Part shown: one piece after another, positions 55,500-64,000 of the stretch
Layout of the letters: each line of letters begins with the position of its first letter
Position numbering within the stretch: the first letter of the stretch is position 1
Source: Candidatus Microgenomates bacterium
GTDB lineage: Bacteria; Patescibacteriota; JACPGU01
Direction of reading: 5' to 3'
NCBI GenBank assembly: GCA_016188915.1
Contig: JACPGU010000003.1
Location: 73,045-137,044 of the forward strand
DNA length: 64,000 nt
Translations under genes and position numbers: made by a program
The notes under the pieces: model-generated
What the model saw: only the letters and a program-made list of their open reading frames with translations
Told to the model about the DNA's origin: nothing
Databases searched by the model: none

Positions 55500-57449
55500 A
55501 TGTTAAAGAATTTTTATCGTAAACTGCCCTTGAAATATCGTCGAGATATAAAATTTTTTTATTACTCTTTTTTTAGGTTTACGGAAAGCTTAAAGAAAAA
55601 ACCAAAATTGCGGGATATACCTGATGGGCCGAAGATTTCTGTGGTGGTGCCGGTTTTTCGGCACGAAAGGTATTTGCGGGAGTGCATAGATTCTATTCTA
55701 AGCCAAAGCTATACGAATTTTGAATTAATTTTAGTGAACGACGATCCTGATAATAAGGAGATAGAGAAAATCTTACGAGAGTACGAGAACAATCTTAGGG
55801 TAAAAATTTTGCACAATGAGAGTAATATCCATGTTTCCGAGAGCTTAAACAGGGGCATCAGAAAATCTACTGGAGAGTACGTCGCTTTTGTGGACTGTGA
55901 TGATGCTTTGTGCCCGTATAGTTTGCAAGAAGTGGTAAAATATATTTTGGAAAACGGCTCTTGGCCAGATTTTATTAGCACGAAATACGTGGTTATCAGC
56001 GAAAAAGGGCGACTGATTTGTTGTTATAATAGACCGAAAAACCCTAATATTTTTCAAAATATGTGGGCGAGTCATTTAAAGGTGATAAGACGAGATGTTT
56101 TTGAAAAGATTGGCTATTTTGACCCAAAATGGAGCGGTATTCAGGACTATGAATTTGCTTTGCGGGCAGAAAAAAATGGTTGCCAGATCCATTATTTACA
56201 AAAATATTTATACAAATACAGGGAGCATGCCGAAACCTATACTACGCAAAAATTGAAATCGCAGTATGAAAGGTCGGATGCCCTGAAAGAACTTTACGCA
56301 CTGGATAAGAAGCTAAAAATCCTCTATCTAATCACGCAATCCGAGTGGGGTGGGGCACAGAGGTATGTCTACGATCTCGCGACAAATATGGTGCGTGATT
56401 TTGAAGTGGTGGTGGCGGGAGGGGGGGAGGGGCATTTGTCGGAGAGACTGGAACAGACGGTAGTGCGGTTTGTGGCCTTGAAGCATTTGATTCGTCCTAT
56501 TAGACCCTTTCGCGATTTGCTGGCGTTTTTTGAAATATTAACGCTTTTACGGCGGGAAAAGCCGGATATTCTGCATCTTAATTCCAGCAAGGCAGTAGTT
56601 TTGGGATCTTTAGCGGGACGTCTTTCTCGCTTCCGGCCAAAGATCATCGCCACTGCGCACGGTTTGGCATATCATGAACCAGGCTCAATATGGAAAAAAC
56701 AATTTTATAAACTTTTTGAAAAAATCGGTTTTGGTTTGGCGGATAGGATAATTTGTGTTTCCCGTTTTGATTATGGCAGTGGAATAAAAAATCATGTTTT
56801 TAAGGCCTCAAAAGCTACCATTATCTATAACGGTCTACTTGCGAAGGTGTCACCTTCGCAAGTAGACGTGAAGGCCAAGTTTTTGCATAAAGATGAAGCA
56901 TGTGTAGTTGGCACTATCGCTAATTTTTATCCCAACAAAGGCCTGGAGTATTTATTGCGAGTAGCCAAACTGATTCAAGACAAGCGTTCTGATATTAGCT
57001 TTGTTGTAGCTGGAGATGGAGTAGGGAGGCGAGACATAGAATCGCAAATCGCAGAATTGGGACTGAAAAATGTGAAGCTTATAGGATTTATCGACGATAC
57101 GGAAAAATTTCTGCAAGAATGCGACATCTTCGTCTTATCATCGCTCAAAGAAGGTTTACCTTATGTTATTTTAGAGGCGATGGCGATGGGCTTGCCTATT
57201 GTAGCAACAAAAGTCGGAGGAGTGCCGGAGATGGTGGACGACAATGTAGCCGGGTTTCTTGTCTCCCCGGCCGATTCAGAAGCACTGGCTGAAAAAATAG
57301 AAATATTAGCTAATGATTCTTCGCTCTGTCTTCGTTTCGGCCAAAGTGGCGCTAGAAAATTGCGGATTCAATTTACCCCAGACAAGATGCTTTGCGACAC
57401 AAAAAGTATCTACATAAAACTACTTGCGAAGGTGACACCTTCGCAATAA
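55500..57449 (+). CDS. Bifunctional GT2 (N-terminal) - GT4 (C-terminal) fused glycosyltransferase; carries two in-frame REP-like palindrome insertions
   Basis: GT2 ISVVVPVFRHERYLRECIDSILSQSYTNFELILVNDD. GT4 EGLPYVILEAMAMGLPIVATKVGGVPEMV. REP copies at 56824-56856 (encoding LLAKVSPSQVD) and 57419-57448 (encoding the C-terminal LLAKVTPSQ). Confidence 0.7.
   Translation: MLKNFYRKLPLKYRRDIKFFYYSFFRFTESLKKKPKLRDIPDGPKISVVVPVFRHERYLRECIDSILSQSYTNFELILVNDDPDNKEIEKILREYENNLRVKILHNESNIHVSESLNRGIRKSTGEYVAFVDCDDALCPYSLQEVVKYILENGSWPDFISTKYVVISEKGRLICCYNRPKNPNIFQNMWASHLKVIRRDVFEKIGYFDPKWSGIQDYEFALRAEKNGCQIHYLQKYLYKYREHAETYTTQKLKSQYERSDALKELYALDKKLKILYLITQSEWGGAQRYVYDLATNMVRDFEVVVAGGGEGHLSERLEQTVVRFVALKHLIRPIRPFRDLLAFFEILTLLRREKPDILHLNSSKAVVLGSLAGRLSRFRPKIIATAHGLAYHEPGSIWKKQFYKLFEKIGFGLADRIICVSRFDYGSGIKNHVFKASKATIIYNGLLAKVSPSQVDVKAKFLHKDEACVVGTIANFYPNKGLEYLLRVAKLIQDKRSDISFVVAGDGVGRRDIESQIAELGLKNVKLIGFIDDTEKFLQECDIFVLSSLKEGLPYVILEAMAMGLPIVATKVGGVPEMVDDNVAGFLVSPADSEALAEKIEILANDSSLCLRFGQSGARKLRIQFTPDKMLCDTKSIYIKLLAKVTPSQ
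56824..56856. repeat. REP-like palindrome copy 1 (perfect 16-bp arms, 1-nt spacer), inside the GT2-GT4 gene
   Basis: tctacttgcgaaggtg-t-caccttcgcaagtaga. Confidence 0.8.
57419..57448. repeat. REP-like palindrome copy 2, at the 3' end of the GT2-GT4 gene and 11 bp upstream of the RAYT start
   Basis: ctacttgcgaaggtg-a-caccttcgcaataag. Confidence 0.8.
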
Positions 57450-57458
57450 GATAAAATC

Positions 57459-58157
57459 ATGCAACGGCAAATAGAACAAAAACAAAAAAATGCCGATTAT
57501 GGCATATTTCATATCTATAATCGTGGGACAGAAAAAAGAGATATTTTTTTAGATATGTACGATTTTAAAAGATTCTATGATGGTATACGGGAATTTAATA
57601 CTACTATACCGGTTGATCTACGTGAAAGAATACGGGAAAAAAAGAAACGCGAAGGTGACACCTTCGCAAATAGTGGGCTAGCAAGAGGAGAAAGGCTGGT
57701 AGATGTGTTGTGTTTTTGTTTAATGCCCAATCATTATCATCTTATTTTAAAGCCCCTCATAAAGAATGGTGTGACTGTATTTATGCGTAAATTAGCCACT
57801 GGCTATTCATCTTATTTCAATCGTAGATATGAAAGAAGTGGTAGACTATTCCAAAATGTTTTTAAAAATAAGGAGATAGATTCTGACGAATCATTTTTGT
57901 ATGTCTCTGCCTATCAACACATCAATCCTATAGCTGCTAAGTTGGCGAAAAAACCATCAGATTGGCTATGGTCTAGCTATAAACACTTTATCGGGGTAAG
58001 GAATGATGATATACTGCTAGGGGTAGAAAAAATATTGAGCGTTACATCACTTGAGTATAAAAAATATGTTGAGGGATTAATAGATGAAAATTGGTTTAGC
58101 AACCATAAAAAAAATTTACTTTTAGAGACAGACGATGATTACTACTTGCGAAGGTGA
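57459..58157 (+). CDS. IS200/IS605-family Y1 (HuH) transposase, REP-associated type (RAYT)
   Basis: YGIFHIYNRGTEKRDIF N-terminal strand. HuH motif LMPNHYHLIL. C-terminal Tyr-containing helix SAYQHINP. An internal REP copy encodes an inserted loop KKREGDTFANSG. Confidence 0.65.
   Translation: MQRQIEQKQKNADYGIFHIYNRGTEKRDIFLDMYDFKRFYDGIREFNTTIPVDLRERIREKKKREGDTFANSGLARGERLVDVLCFCLMPNHYHLILKPLIKNGVTVFMRKLATGYSSYFNRRYERSGRLFQNVFKNKEIDSDESFLYVSAYQHINPIAAKLAKKPSDWLWSSYKHFIGVRNDDILLGVEKILSVTSLEYKKYVEGLIDENWFSNHKKNLLLETDDDYYLRR
57646..57670. repeat. REP-like palindrome copy 3 (shorter arms gcgaaggtg/caccttcgc) inside the RAYT ORF
   Basis: aacgcgaaggtg-a-caccttcgcaaatag. Confidence 0.7.
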
Positions 58158-58175
58158 CACCTTCGCAAGTAATAA
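58139..58175. repeat. REP-like palindrome copy 4, overlapping the RAYT stop codon and lying just upstream of alaS
   Basis: ttactacttgcgaaggtg-a-caccttcgcaagtaataa. Confidence 0.8.
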
Positions 58176-58188
58176 AATGGGTATTTTT

Positions 58189-60228
58189 ATGACATCGAAA
58201 GAATTGCGACAGAAATTTTTGGATTTTTTTGAAAAGAAGGGTCATATAATTATCCCTTCAGCTTCTTTGATTCCGGAAAATGATCCGACGACGCTCTTTA
58301 CTAGCGCCGGCATGCAGCCAATGATGCCGTATTTGCTTGGCGCCGAGCATCCGGGCGGTAATAAAGTAGCGGACTCACAGAAATGTTTTCGCACGCAAGA
58401 CATCGACGAGGTTGGAGATCAGCGCCATACGACTTTTTTTGAGATGCTTGGTAATTGGTCATTTGGTGAATATTTTAAGCGTGAGCAGATACAGTGGATG
58501 TCGGAATTTCTTTTCGATGAATTGATGCTTGACCCAAAGCGGGTGTATGTGACGGTCTATCGTGGCAATACCGAGATAAATATCGGAAAAGACGAAGAGT
58601 CGGCTGAGTTGTGGCAAAAAACATTTGAGGAGCGAGGTGTCGATGCCGAGATCGCTGATATGGCTGAAGAGGATGGCATGAGTGGTGCCCGTATTTTTTA
58701 TTATGGTGATAAAAAAAATTGGTGGTCTCGAGCAGGTGTGCCACACGATATGCCACTCGGTGAACCAGGTGGACCCGACAGCGAGATGTTTTGGGATTTC
58801 GGTGAGGATCTCGAGCTTCATGAAAGATCGCCATACAAAGACCAAGTCTGTCATGTGAACTGTGATTGCGGAAGGTTTTCCGAGATTGGCAACAATGTCT
58901 TTATGCAGTATGTAAAGGTTGGTACGGGTTTTGAGCCACTATCAAAGAAAAACGTGGACTTTGGCGGGGGGCTGGAGCGCATGACGGCTGCTACGAACGA
59001 CTTGCCGGACATCTTCATGATCGATGTCTTTGATGCTGCGCGGGAAAAGCTTGAGGATATAAGCGACAAAAAGTATGGAGAGAACGAGGAAGAAACGCGC
59101 GCCTTTCGGGTGATCTTGGATCACATTAGGGCCGCGATGTTTTTGGCAGCAGATGGTGCGGTGCCGTCCAACAAAGACCAGGGCTACTTCACTCGTCGCC
59201 TCATCCGTCGTGCGATCCGATATGGGCATCAACTGGGTATTTCCGATAGTTTTTGTGGTGATATCGTAGACGCATTTATCACTACTTACGGCGAAGCATA
59301 TCCAGATATTGGCACAAATAGGGACACGATTGTTGAAGAAGAAGAAAAGTTTAATCGCACTATAGTTGAAGGACTCAAGGTGGCACACAAGATGTTTGCC
59401 GAGAAGACACCGATAGAAAAATCCAAATTCCATAAATTCATGTTGCTTCATGACCACACTCAGATTTTGAAAGAATTATGGAAAAAGAAAAGAGGAGGGG
59501 AGGATTATTCTATTCAGAAAGCGAACATAACCCAAGGGGAGATCGACAATGCGATAATAACCGGAGAAGAAGGGTTTTTGCTTTATCAATCATATGGTTT
59601 CCCGATGGAGATGATTATTGAGTTGGCGACAGAGGCACGACTCTTTTTTCATCGCGGTGAATTTCGTCGTGAACTCGAAAAGCATCAAAACTTATCTCGT
59701 AGTGCTTCAGCGGGGAAATTCAAAGGCGGGTTGGCGGATAATTCCGAGGAAACGACGAAGCTTCATACTGCCACGCACCTTCTCCTCAAATCTTTGCGGA
59801 CGGTTTTGGGCGACGAAAATATCAATCAAAAAGGCAGTAATATCACGGCTGAAAGATTGCGGTTTGATTTCAATTTTCCCCGCAAACTAGAACCGGATGA
59901 GCTGAAAAAAATAGAAGAAATGGTTAATGAGCAAATTAAACGCGATCTCAAGGTAGAGCGGCTGGAAATGTCGTATGATGAAGCAAAAAAAATGGGGGCG
60001 ATAGGCGTTTTTGAAAATAAATATGGAGAAAATGTTTCAGTTTATAAAATGGGGGGTGATCCCTCGACTCCCGATGGTCGCTCGGGACAAGCTTTCAGCT
60101 TGGAGCTTTGTGGCGGTCCACACGTGGAGCATACGGGACAGCTCGGGAGCTTCAAAATAATCAAAGAAGAGGCCTCTTCGGCCGGGGTTAGGAGGATTAA
60201 AGGGACACTAGGAGGGGGTAAGAAATAA
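58189..60228 (+). CDS. alaS: Alanine--tRNA ligase, short form (catalytic + tRNA-binding + editing domains; lacks C-Ala domain)
   Basis: MTSKELRQKFLDFFEKKGH. FTSAGMQPM. VADSQKCFRTQD. Editing-domain HTATHLLLKSLR. 680 aa. Alternative ATG at 58177. Confidence 0.8.
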   Translation: MTSKELRQKFLDFFEKKGHIIIPSASLIPENDPTTLFTSAGMQPMMPYLLGAEHPGGNKVADSQKCFRTQDIDEVGDQRHTTFFEMLGNWSFGEYFKREQIQWMSEFLFDELMLDPKRVYVTVYRGNTEINIGKDEESAELWQKTFEERGVDAEIADMAEEDGMSGARIFYYGDKKNWWSRAGVPHDMPLGEPGGPDSEMFWDFGEDLELHERSPYKDQVCHVNCDCGRFSEIGNNVFMQYVKVGTGFEPLSKKNVDFGGGLERMTAATNDLPDIFMIDVFDAAREKLEDISDKKYGENEEETRAFRVILDHIRAAMFLAADGAVPSNKDQGYFTRRLIRRAIRYGHQLGISDSFCGDIVDAFITTYGEAYPDIGTNRDTIVEEEEKFNRTIVEGLKVAHKMFAEKTPIEKSKFHKFMLLHDHTQILKELWKKKRGGEDYSIQKANITQGEIDNAIITGEEGFLLYQSYGFPMEMIIELATEARLFFHRGEFRRELEKHQNLSRSASAGKFKGGLADNSEETTKLHTATHLLLKSLRTVLGDENINQKGSNITAERLRFDFNFPRKLEPDELKKIEEMVNEQIKRDLKVERLEMSYDEAKKMGAIGVFENKYGENVSVYKMGGDPSTPDGRSGQAFSLELCGGPHVEHTGQLGSFKIIKEEASSAGVRRIKGTLGGGKK

Positions 60229-60270
60229 AAAAGGACGCTGGTGCAAAATGCGCGCAAGCGTCCTAATGGA

Positions 60271-60297
60271 CGGCCTACTTGCGTAGGCCGGTTTTCC
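60271..60297 (+). terminator. Terminator hairpin after alaS
   Basis: cggcctac-ttgc-gtaggccg followed by gttttcc. Confidence 0.55.
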
Positions 60298-60301
60298 CTG
60301 T

Positions 60302-61552
60302 TCAGGTAATGGGTATCATGCCGATTCCGAGGAAGCGAATCCTGGGGATATTGTTTTCGGTACCCGATCCGTGGACTGAGTAGTTCGGATCGTCGCACCC
60401 ACCCCTGGTGGCCATGATTTCTTCGAGCAACCCTTTTGTTGCAAGACCCAGCTCACTGCTGTGTCCTTCCGGTGACGCTTGGTTGGCATTCACGATCGCG
60501 GTTACATCGAGGTCTTGAACATTACCTGCTTTCGCGGCATCGACGATGGCAATCTTCGTCTCGCCGGAGAGAGCGCCTTCGTATTCTTTCACGCATGACG
60601 CCAGTTTCACGGCATCTTCCTGGCTCTGAATGCCCCATCTTCCGACGAACGCTCGCAGAAAAGCATTTCGGGACCTGCCCGTCCGAAACTTTTTGACGAA
60701 TTTCACCGCAGGATCGATAAGACCGATTCTCTCGAGGACAAGGGTATTGAGATAATCCTCGGCAGCCGCCACGCGCCCGACTTCTGCTTCTTCGGCGGCC
60801 AAAAGATATGCAATGTTTTCCAGCTCCTCGACTGGCGTATCCGTATTGCAGCGCACGATGCGCGCCTCCGCCGCACCGAAGATGGCGGTCAGTGCCTCGA
60901 TGCCGCCAAATTCCGTTGTTTGCACGAGCTTGGCGAGTTTGACCAGTTCTTCCGTCAGAAGTTCTTCATTCCATTTATGGGCTTGTAGGAAAATTCTGAT
61001 GGTGCGATGAATCCCCGTTCTGGTCAGGAAAGCGTTCGCCAGCATTATCGCGTCTTCAGTGGTGGTCAGGAGACCACTCGCTCGTGCGAGTATTGCCTCC
61101 TCGAGGATGTCGGACCCACGCCCATCACAGAAAGGATCGCGCACTTGTTCCGCCAGTTCGCAGAGATCGGCGAGCGTCAAGCCGGGTGGCAGATCGAGAT
61201 TGTTCTTGAATGCTTCTTTGATAACCGCAATCGTTTCGTTGACCCTATCTTTGCTGTCCTCTTCGTCCACCATTCCGATCAGATCGCAGTAGTTCTCGAG
61301 ATCCAATGCTACATTCGAGTTCCTGGTCACTCTTCGGAGCCATTCGTTTCTTACTGCCGGCGACCGGAGGGCTTGAACAAGTTGCTTTGTATCGTTCTTT
61401 CTGTGCCAGACAGCAAACGCCCTCTCGATGATGGCACTTTCGTGTGCCGCCCGATGCTCGTCGTCCTTGAGCTGGTTCGCCAATTCGCACAACTCATGAA
61501 TCGTTGACGATCCCCGAATCTTCTCCCCAAACGTTTTCGGCCAAAAGCTCAT
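60302..61552 (-). CDS. Hypothetical alpha-helical protein (416 aa) encoded by a GC-rich (~55%) compositionally foreign gene
   Basis: Long ORF, ATG at 61552 (MSFWPKTFGEK...). Base composition clearly differs from the ~38% GC of surrounding genes. No recognised motif. Confidence 0.5.
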   Translation of the reverse strand: MSFWPKTFGEKIRGSSTIHELCELANQLKDDEHRAAHESAIIERAFAVWHRKNDTKQLVQALRSPAVRNEWLRRVTRNSNVALDLENYCDLIGMVDEEDSKDRVNETIAVIKEAFKNNLDLPPGLTLADLCELAEQVRDPFCDGRGSDILEEAILARASGLLTTTEDAIMLANAFLTRTGIHRTIRIFLQAHKWNEELLTEELVKLAKLVQTTEFGGIEALTAIFGAAEARIVRCNTDTPVEELENIAYLLAAEEAEVGRVAAAEDYLNTLVLERIGLIDPAVKFVKKFRTGRSRNAFLRAFVGRWGIQSQEDAVKLASCVKEYEGALSGETKIAIVDAAKAGNVQDLDVTAIVNANQASPEGHSSELGLATKGLLEEIMATRGGCDDPNYSVHGSGTENNIPRIRFLGIGMIPIT

Positions 61553-61759
61553 TTCTTTCGTACTCCTCGGTAGATATTTTGTCGCAACGCGACGGACTCG
61601 CAAGAGCGAGTATTCGACCTGGCATTTTGTTAAACGACAATCTGTCGCCTATCTTACTGCTTTTTTGTACTAATGTCAATATATCGCTCAAATAAGCTGT
61701 TTCAAGGTAGCGCTGGGTTTGTTCTTCCGTTCTCTCGCTGTTGCGGATATAATATATCC

Positions 61760-63016
61760 ATGAGTTTTCTTGATCGCCTCTTGGGCTACAATGAGCTAAA
61801 TCACCACGCTATTGCGCTGGATGTGGGAACGGAGTTTGTCAAAACTTTGGTTTTTCGAGTAGATCAGGGCAAAGCCTATATTTTGGGTGCCTCGAGAACA
61901 CGCCAGGAGCTCAAAGATATGCAGGGGGGAGCGATTACTGATATTTCCGGAGTAATCAAAAATTGTCTCAAATCCCTAGAAGAAGCCTGCGATATGGCCA
62001 AAATTACTCCAGATAAAGTAATCATGGGCATTGCCGGTGAATTGGTCAAAGGAGCAACCACAACTATTTCCTATACGAGAAAAGAGCCGGCTAAAAAAAT
62101 TGACGCCAAAGAATTAGACAATATTATAAAAAAAGTCCAAGAAAAAGCCTTCGGTCAAATTCATCACCAAATCGCCTGGGAAACGGGTAAGGACGATATT
62201 GACATTCATCTAGTTAACGCGGCGATTGCCGATGTCAAAATAGACCGCCATCCGGTAAGTAGTCCTATCGGGTTTACGGGTAAAAATATCGTTGTTTCAG
62301 TTTATAATGCCTTTTCGCCAATGATTTATCTGGGAGCTTTGGAGTCGGTGGCCGAAAACCTAGGGCTAAATCTCATCGGTATCGCGGCTGAACCTTATGC
62401 CGTGGCTAAATCCATGGGATTGTCTCAGGGTCAGGATTTTTCCGCTATTTTCATGGACATTGGTGGCGGGACGACGGATATCGCGGTTGTTCGTGGTGGC
62501 GGTTTGGAGGGGACTAAGATTTTTTCTATCGGCGGGAGAGCTTTTACCAAAAGAATAGCCAGAGAGATGAATACTAATTTTGCTAAAGCGGAAGAAATGA
62601 AACTGGCTTACGCTAATAATGACTTGGCCGAAAAAGAAAAGCAGGCAGTAGGCGAGATACTGCAGGAAGATGTTTCTATTTGGCTGGAGGGTGTTAAAAT
62701 GGTCTTAAAAGAATTTGGCGATGAGCAGATGCTGCCTTCTCGAATTTTACTCTGTGGCGGCGGTTCTCTTTTGCCTGAAATAAAAAAATCTTTAGAAAAA
62801 TCAGATTGGGCTAAAGATTTAGCCTTCGCTAAAAAAGCCAATATCACTTTTATCAAACCCAAAGATGTGGAAAATGTGATAGATCAAACGAAATTATTGG
62901 ATAGCCCATCGGATATTACGGCTATGGCTTTGGCCAATCTTGCGATAGAATTGGTAGAGGGATTGAGCCCGATGGCAGAAATGTTGCGCAAAACAGCGGA
63001 AGGCATTACACATTAG
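61760..63016 (+). CDS. ftsA: Cell division protein FtsA (actin-like ATPase)
   Basis: IALDVGTEFVKTLVF phosphate-1. IMGIAGELVKG. MDIGGGTTDIAVV phosphate-2. ILLCGGGS adenosine motif. Confidence 0.8.
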   Translation: MSFLDRLLGYNELNHHAIALDVGTEFVKTLVFRVDQGKAYILGASRTRQELKDMQGGAITDISGVIKNCLKSLEEACDMAKITPDKVIMGIAGELVKGATTTISYTRKEPAKKIDAKELDNIIKKVQEKAFGQIHHQIAWETGKDDIDIHLVNAAIADVKIDRHPVSSPIGFTGKNIVVSVYNAFSPMIYLGALESVAENLGLNLIGIAAEPYAVAKSMGLSQGQDFSAIFMDIGGGTTDIAVVRGGGLEGTKIFSIGGRAFTKRIAREMNTNFAKAEEMKLAYANNDLAEKEKQAVGEILQEDVSIWLEGVKMVLKEFGDEQMLPSRILLCGGGSLLPEIKKSLEKSDWAKDLAFAKKANITFIKPKDVENVIDQTKLLDSPSDITAMALANLAIELVEGLSPMAEMLRKTAEGITH

Positions 63017-63025
63017 AAATTTTTA

Positions 63026-64000
63026 TGGAAAAAATACTCTATCTAGAGCCAGATGAAGAAATAACCAGCATTATTGATCGTTTGAAAAAAGAAGATGAGC
63101 CTTCTTTGATCGCGGTGGTGCCACCAGGAGCAGCGCTTTTGTCTAGTAATATCAATTTGCGTCTTTTAAAAGAAAAAAGTGAATTTTTGAACAAAAATCT
63201 TTCTTTGGTGATGGCCGACAAAACTTTTGAAAAAGTAGCTAATCAAATGGGATTTAGAGTTTATGAAAGTATTACTGATGCTAAAAAAGATTTGAGCATC
63301 AGTACAGAAATAATCGGAGGAGGCGAAGAAGAATTGCCGGCAGGACCGGCAGATAAAGAAGCAACGAAAGAAAACATCACAACCTCTTTTGAAGAAGAAA
63401 AAGAGATGATTTTTCGTTCTCAAGAAAAAGCTGATATTTTTACTGATGAAGATAGACCGCGCCACAAAAGCTTTAAAAACAAACCTAATATCAAACCCAA
63501 AACTATTGCCCTGGTCGGTGGAGTGGTCATTATTTTGTGGATTTTGGCGACTTTTTTATTTCCGCAAGCGACAGTCTATCTGACAGTTTACTCTCATGAA
63601 GAAGAATTACTTTTGCCTTTTCGCGTAGCTACTTCTGCCAAGACGGCAGAGAAAAAAGACCAATTTATTCTTCCGGCCGTCTGGGAGGACACGGAGAAAA
63701 TTACCAGCATAGAATTTACTTCAACTGGCGAAAAAAATATGGGCGACAAAGCACACGGAACTTTAAATATCTATAATCGCTCTGGACGAATTTATTCTTT
63801 TCCAGCCGGTACGGAATTCATCTCTCAAGAAAAGATTTTTACAAATAAAGAGACGGTGACGGTGCCGGGGGCCCTGGTTTCAGATTTTGGCGAATTGGTG
63901 CCAGGCAAGGCCTCTTTTGAAGCGGAGGCCAAAGAAGGAGGCTCGTCTTACAATATAAAATCTGGCCGTTTTTCCATCCCCTTGATCAAGGATGTAGCGG
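63026..64000 (+). CDS. Hypothetical membrane-anchored protein, partial (runs off window end); not FtsZ
   Basis: ATG 63026, open to 64000 (325 codons). One TM (TIALVGGVVIILWILATFLF). No tubulin GGGTGTG motif. Confidence 0.5.

Larger units (their letters stand above)
57419..58175 (+). mobile_element. RAYT (REP-associated tyrosine transposase) unit: IS200-like Y1 transposase gene bracketed by REP-like palindromes
   Basis: Palindromes directly abut both ends of ORF 57459..58157. A third copy lies inside it and a fourth ~600 bp upstream. Confidence 0.6.

Overview
This window is low-GC (~38%) bacterial DNA, densely coded, with many small proteins and giant surface proteins. That gene content resembles a Candidate Phyla Radiation / Patescibacteria-type genome; this attribution is inference only.

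Layout, 5' to 3':
1. tRNA-Leu(UAA), then a few small hypothetical genes. These include a 55-aa Zn-ribbon ORF missed by the ORF track and a divergent amino-acid-kinase-like gene.
2. Two paralogous membrane-anchored proteins that share a conserved C-terminal helical domain.
3. A metal/thiol operon: CsoR-like repressor, DUF1573, DsbD/CcdA-like membrane protein, DUF2892 and a small beta-barrel protein.
4. A minus-strand operon: GHMP-kinase-like protein with a 200-aa C-terminal extension, a multi-CxxC zinc-finger protein, and a 1363-aa secreted PKD/CarboxypepD_reg/chitobiase-domain protein.
5. A structured intergenic region with a promoter-plus-terminator mini-transcript.
6. Two secreted proteins (274 aa and 1184 aa) that share a ~130-aa N-terminal domain at ~75% identity, followed by Asn-rich linkers.
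7. A PD-(D/E)xK 'GxxExxY' gene cassette bounded by perfect 42-bp inverted repeats.
8. LysM protein, HTH protein and mnmA.
9. A ~30-kb surface-glycan locus, 28145..57449. It carries an O-antigen-ligase-like/TPR protein, a WbaP-like priming transferase, a Wzm/Wzt ABC exporter, a 1294-aa tri-domain glycosyltransferase with a 63-bp tandem repeat, and a GT2-GT4 fusion. It also carries a CDP-3,6-dideoxyhexose core (RfbF, RfbG, RfbH-like) together with a YerE-like ThDP enzyme, a TylCIII-like C-methyltransferase and a B12-radical-SAM enzyme, consistent with a branched-chain or C-methylated deoxysugar. A NeuB-cupin plus HAD arm is present. A higher-GC three-gene insert (HxHxQ GalT/VTC2-like HIT protein, hypothetical, radical SAM) sits inside the locus.
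10. An IS200-like / REP-associated tyrosine transposase (RAYT) gene flanked by copies of a perfect palindromic REP-like repeat. Further copies lie inside the RAYT ORF and, as a 33-bp in-frame insertion, inside the glycosyltransferase gene.
11. alaS, a GC-rich (~55%) compositionally foreign minus-strand gene, ftsA, and a partial non-FtsZ downstream gene.

No CRISPR array, rRNA or integrase was seen.
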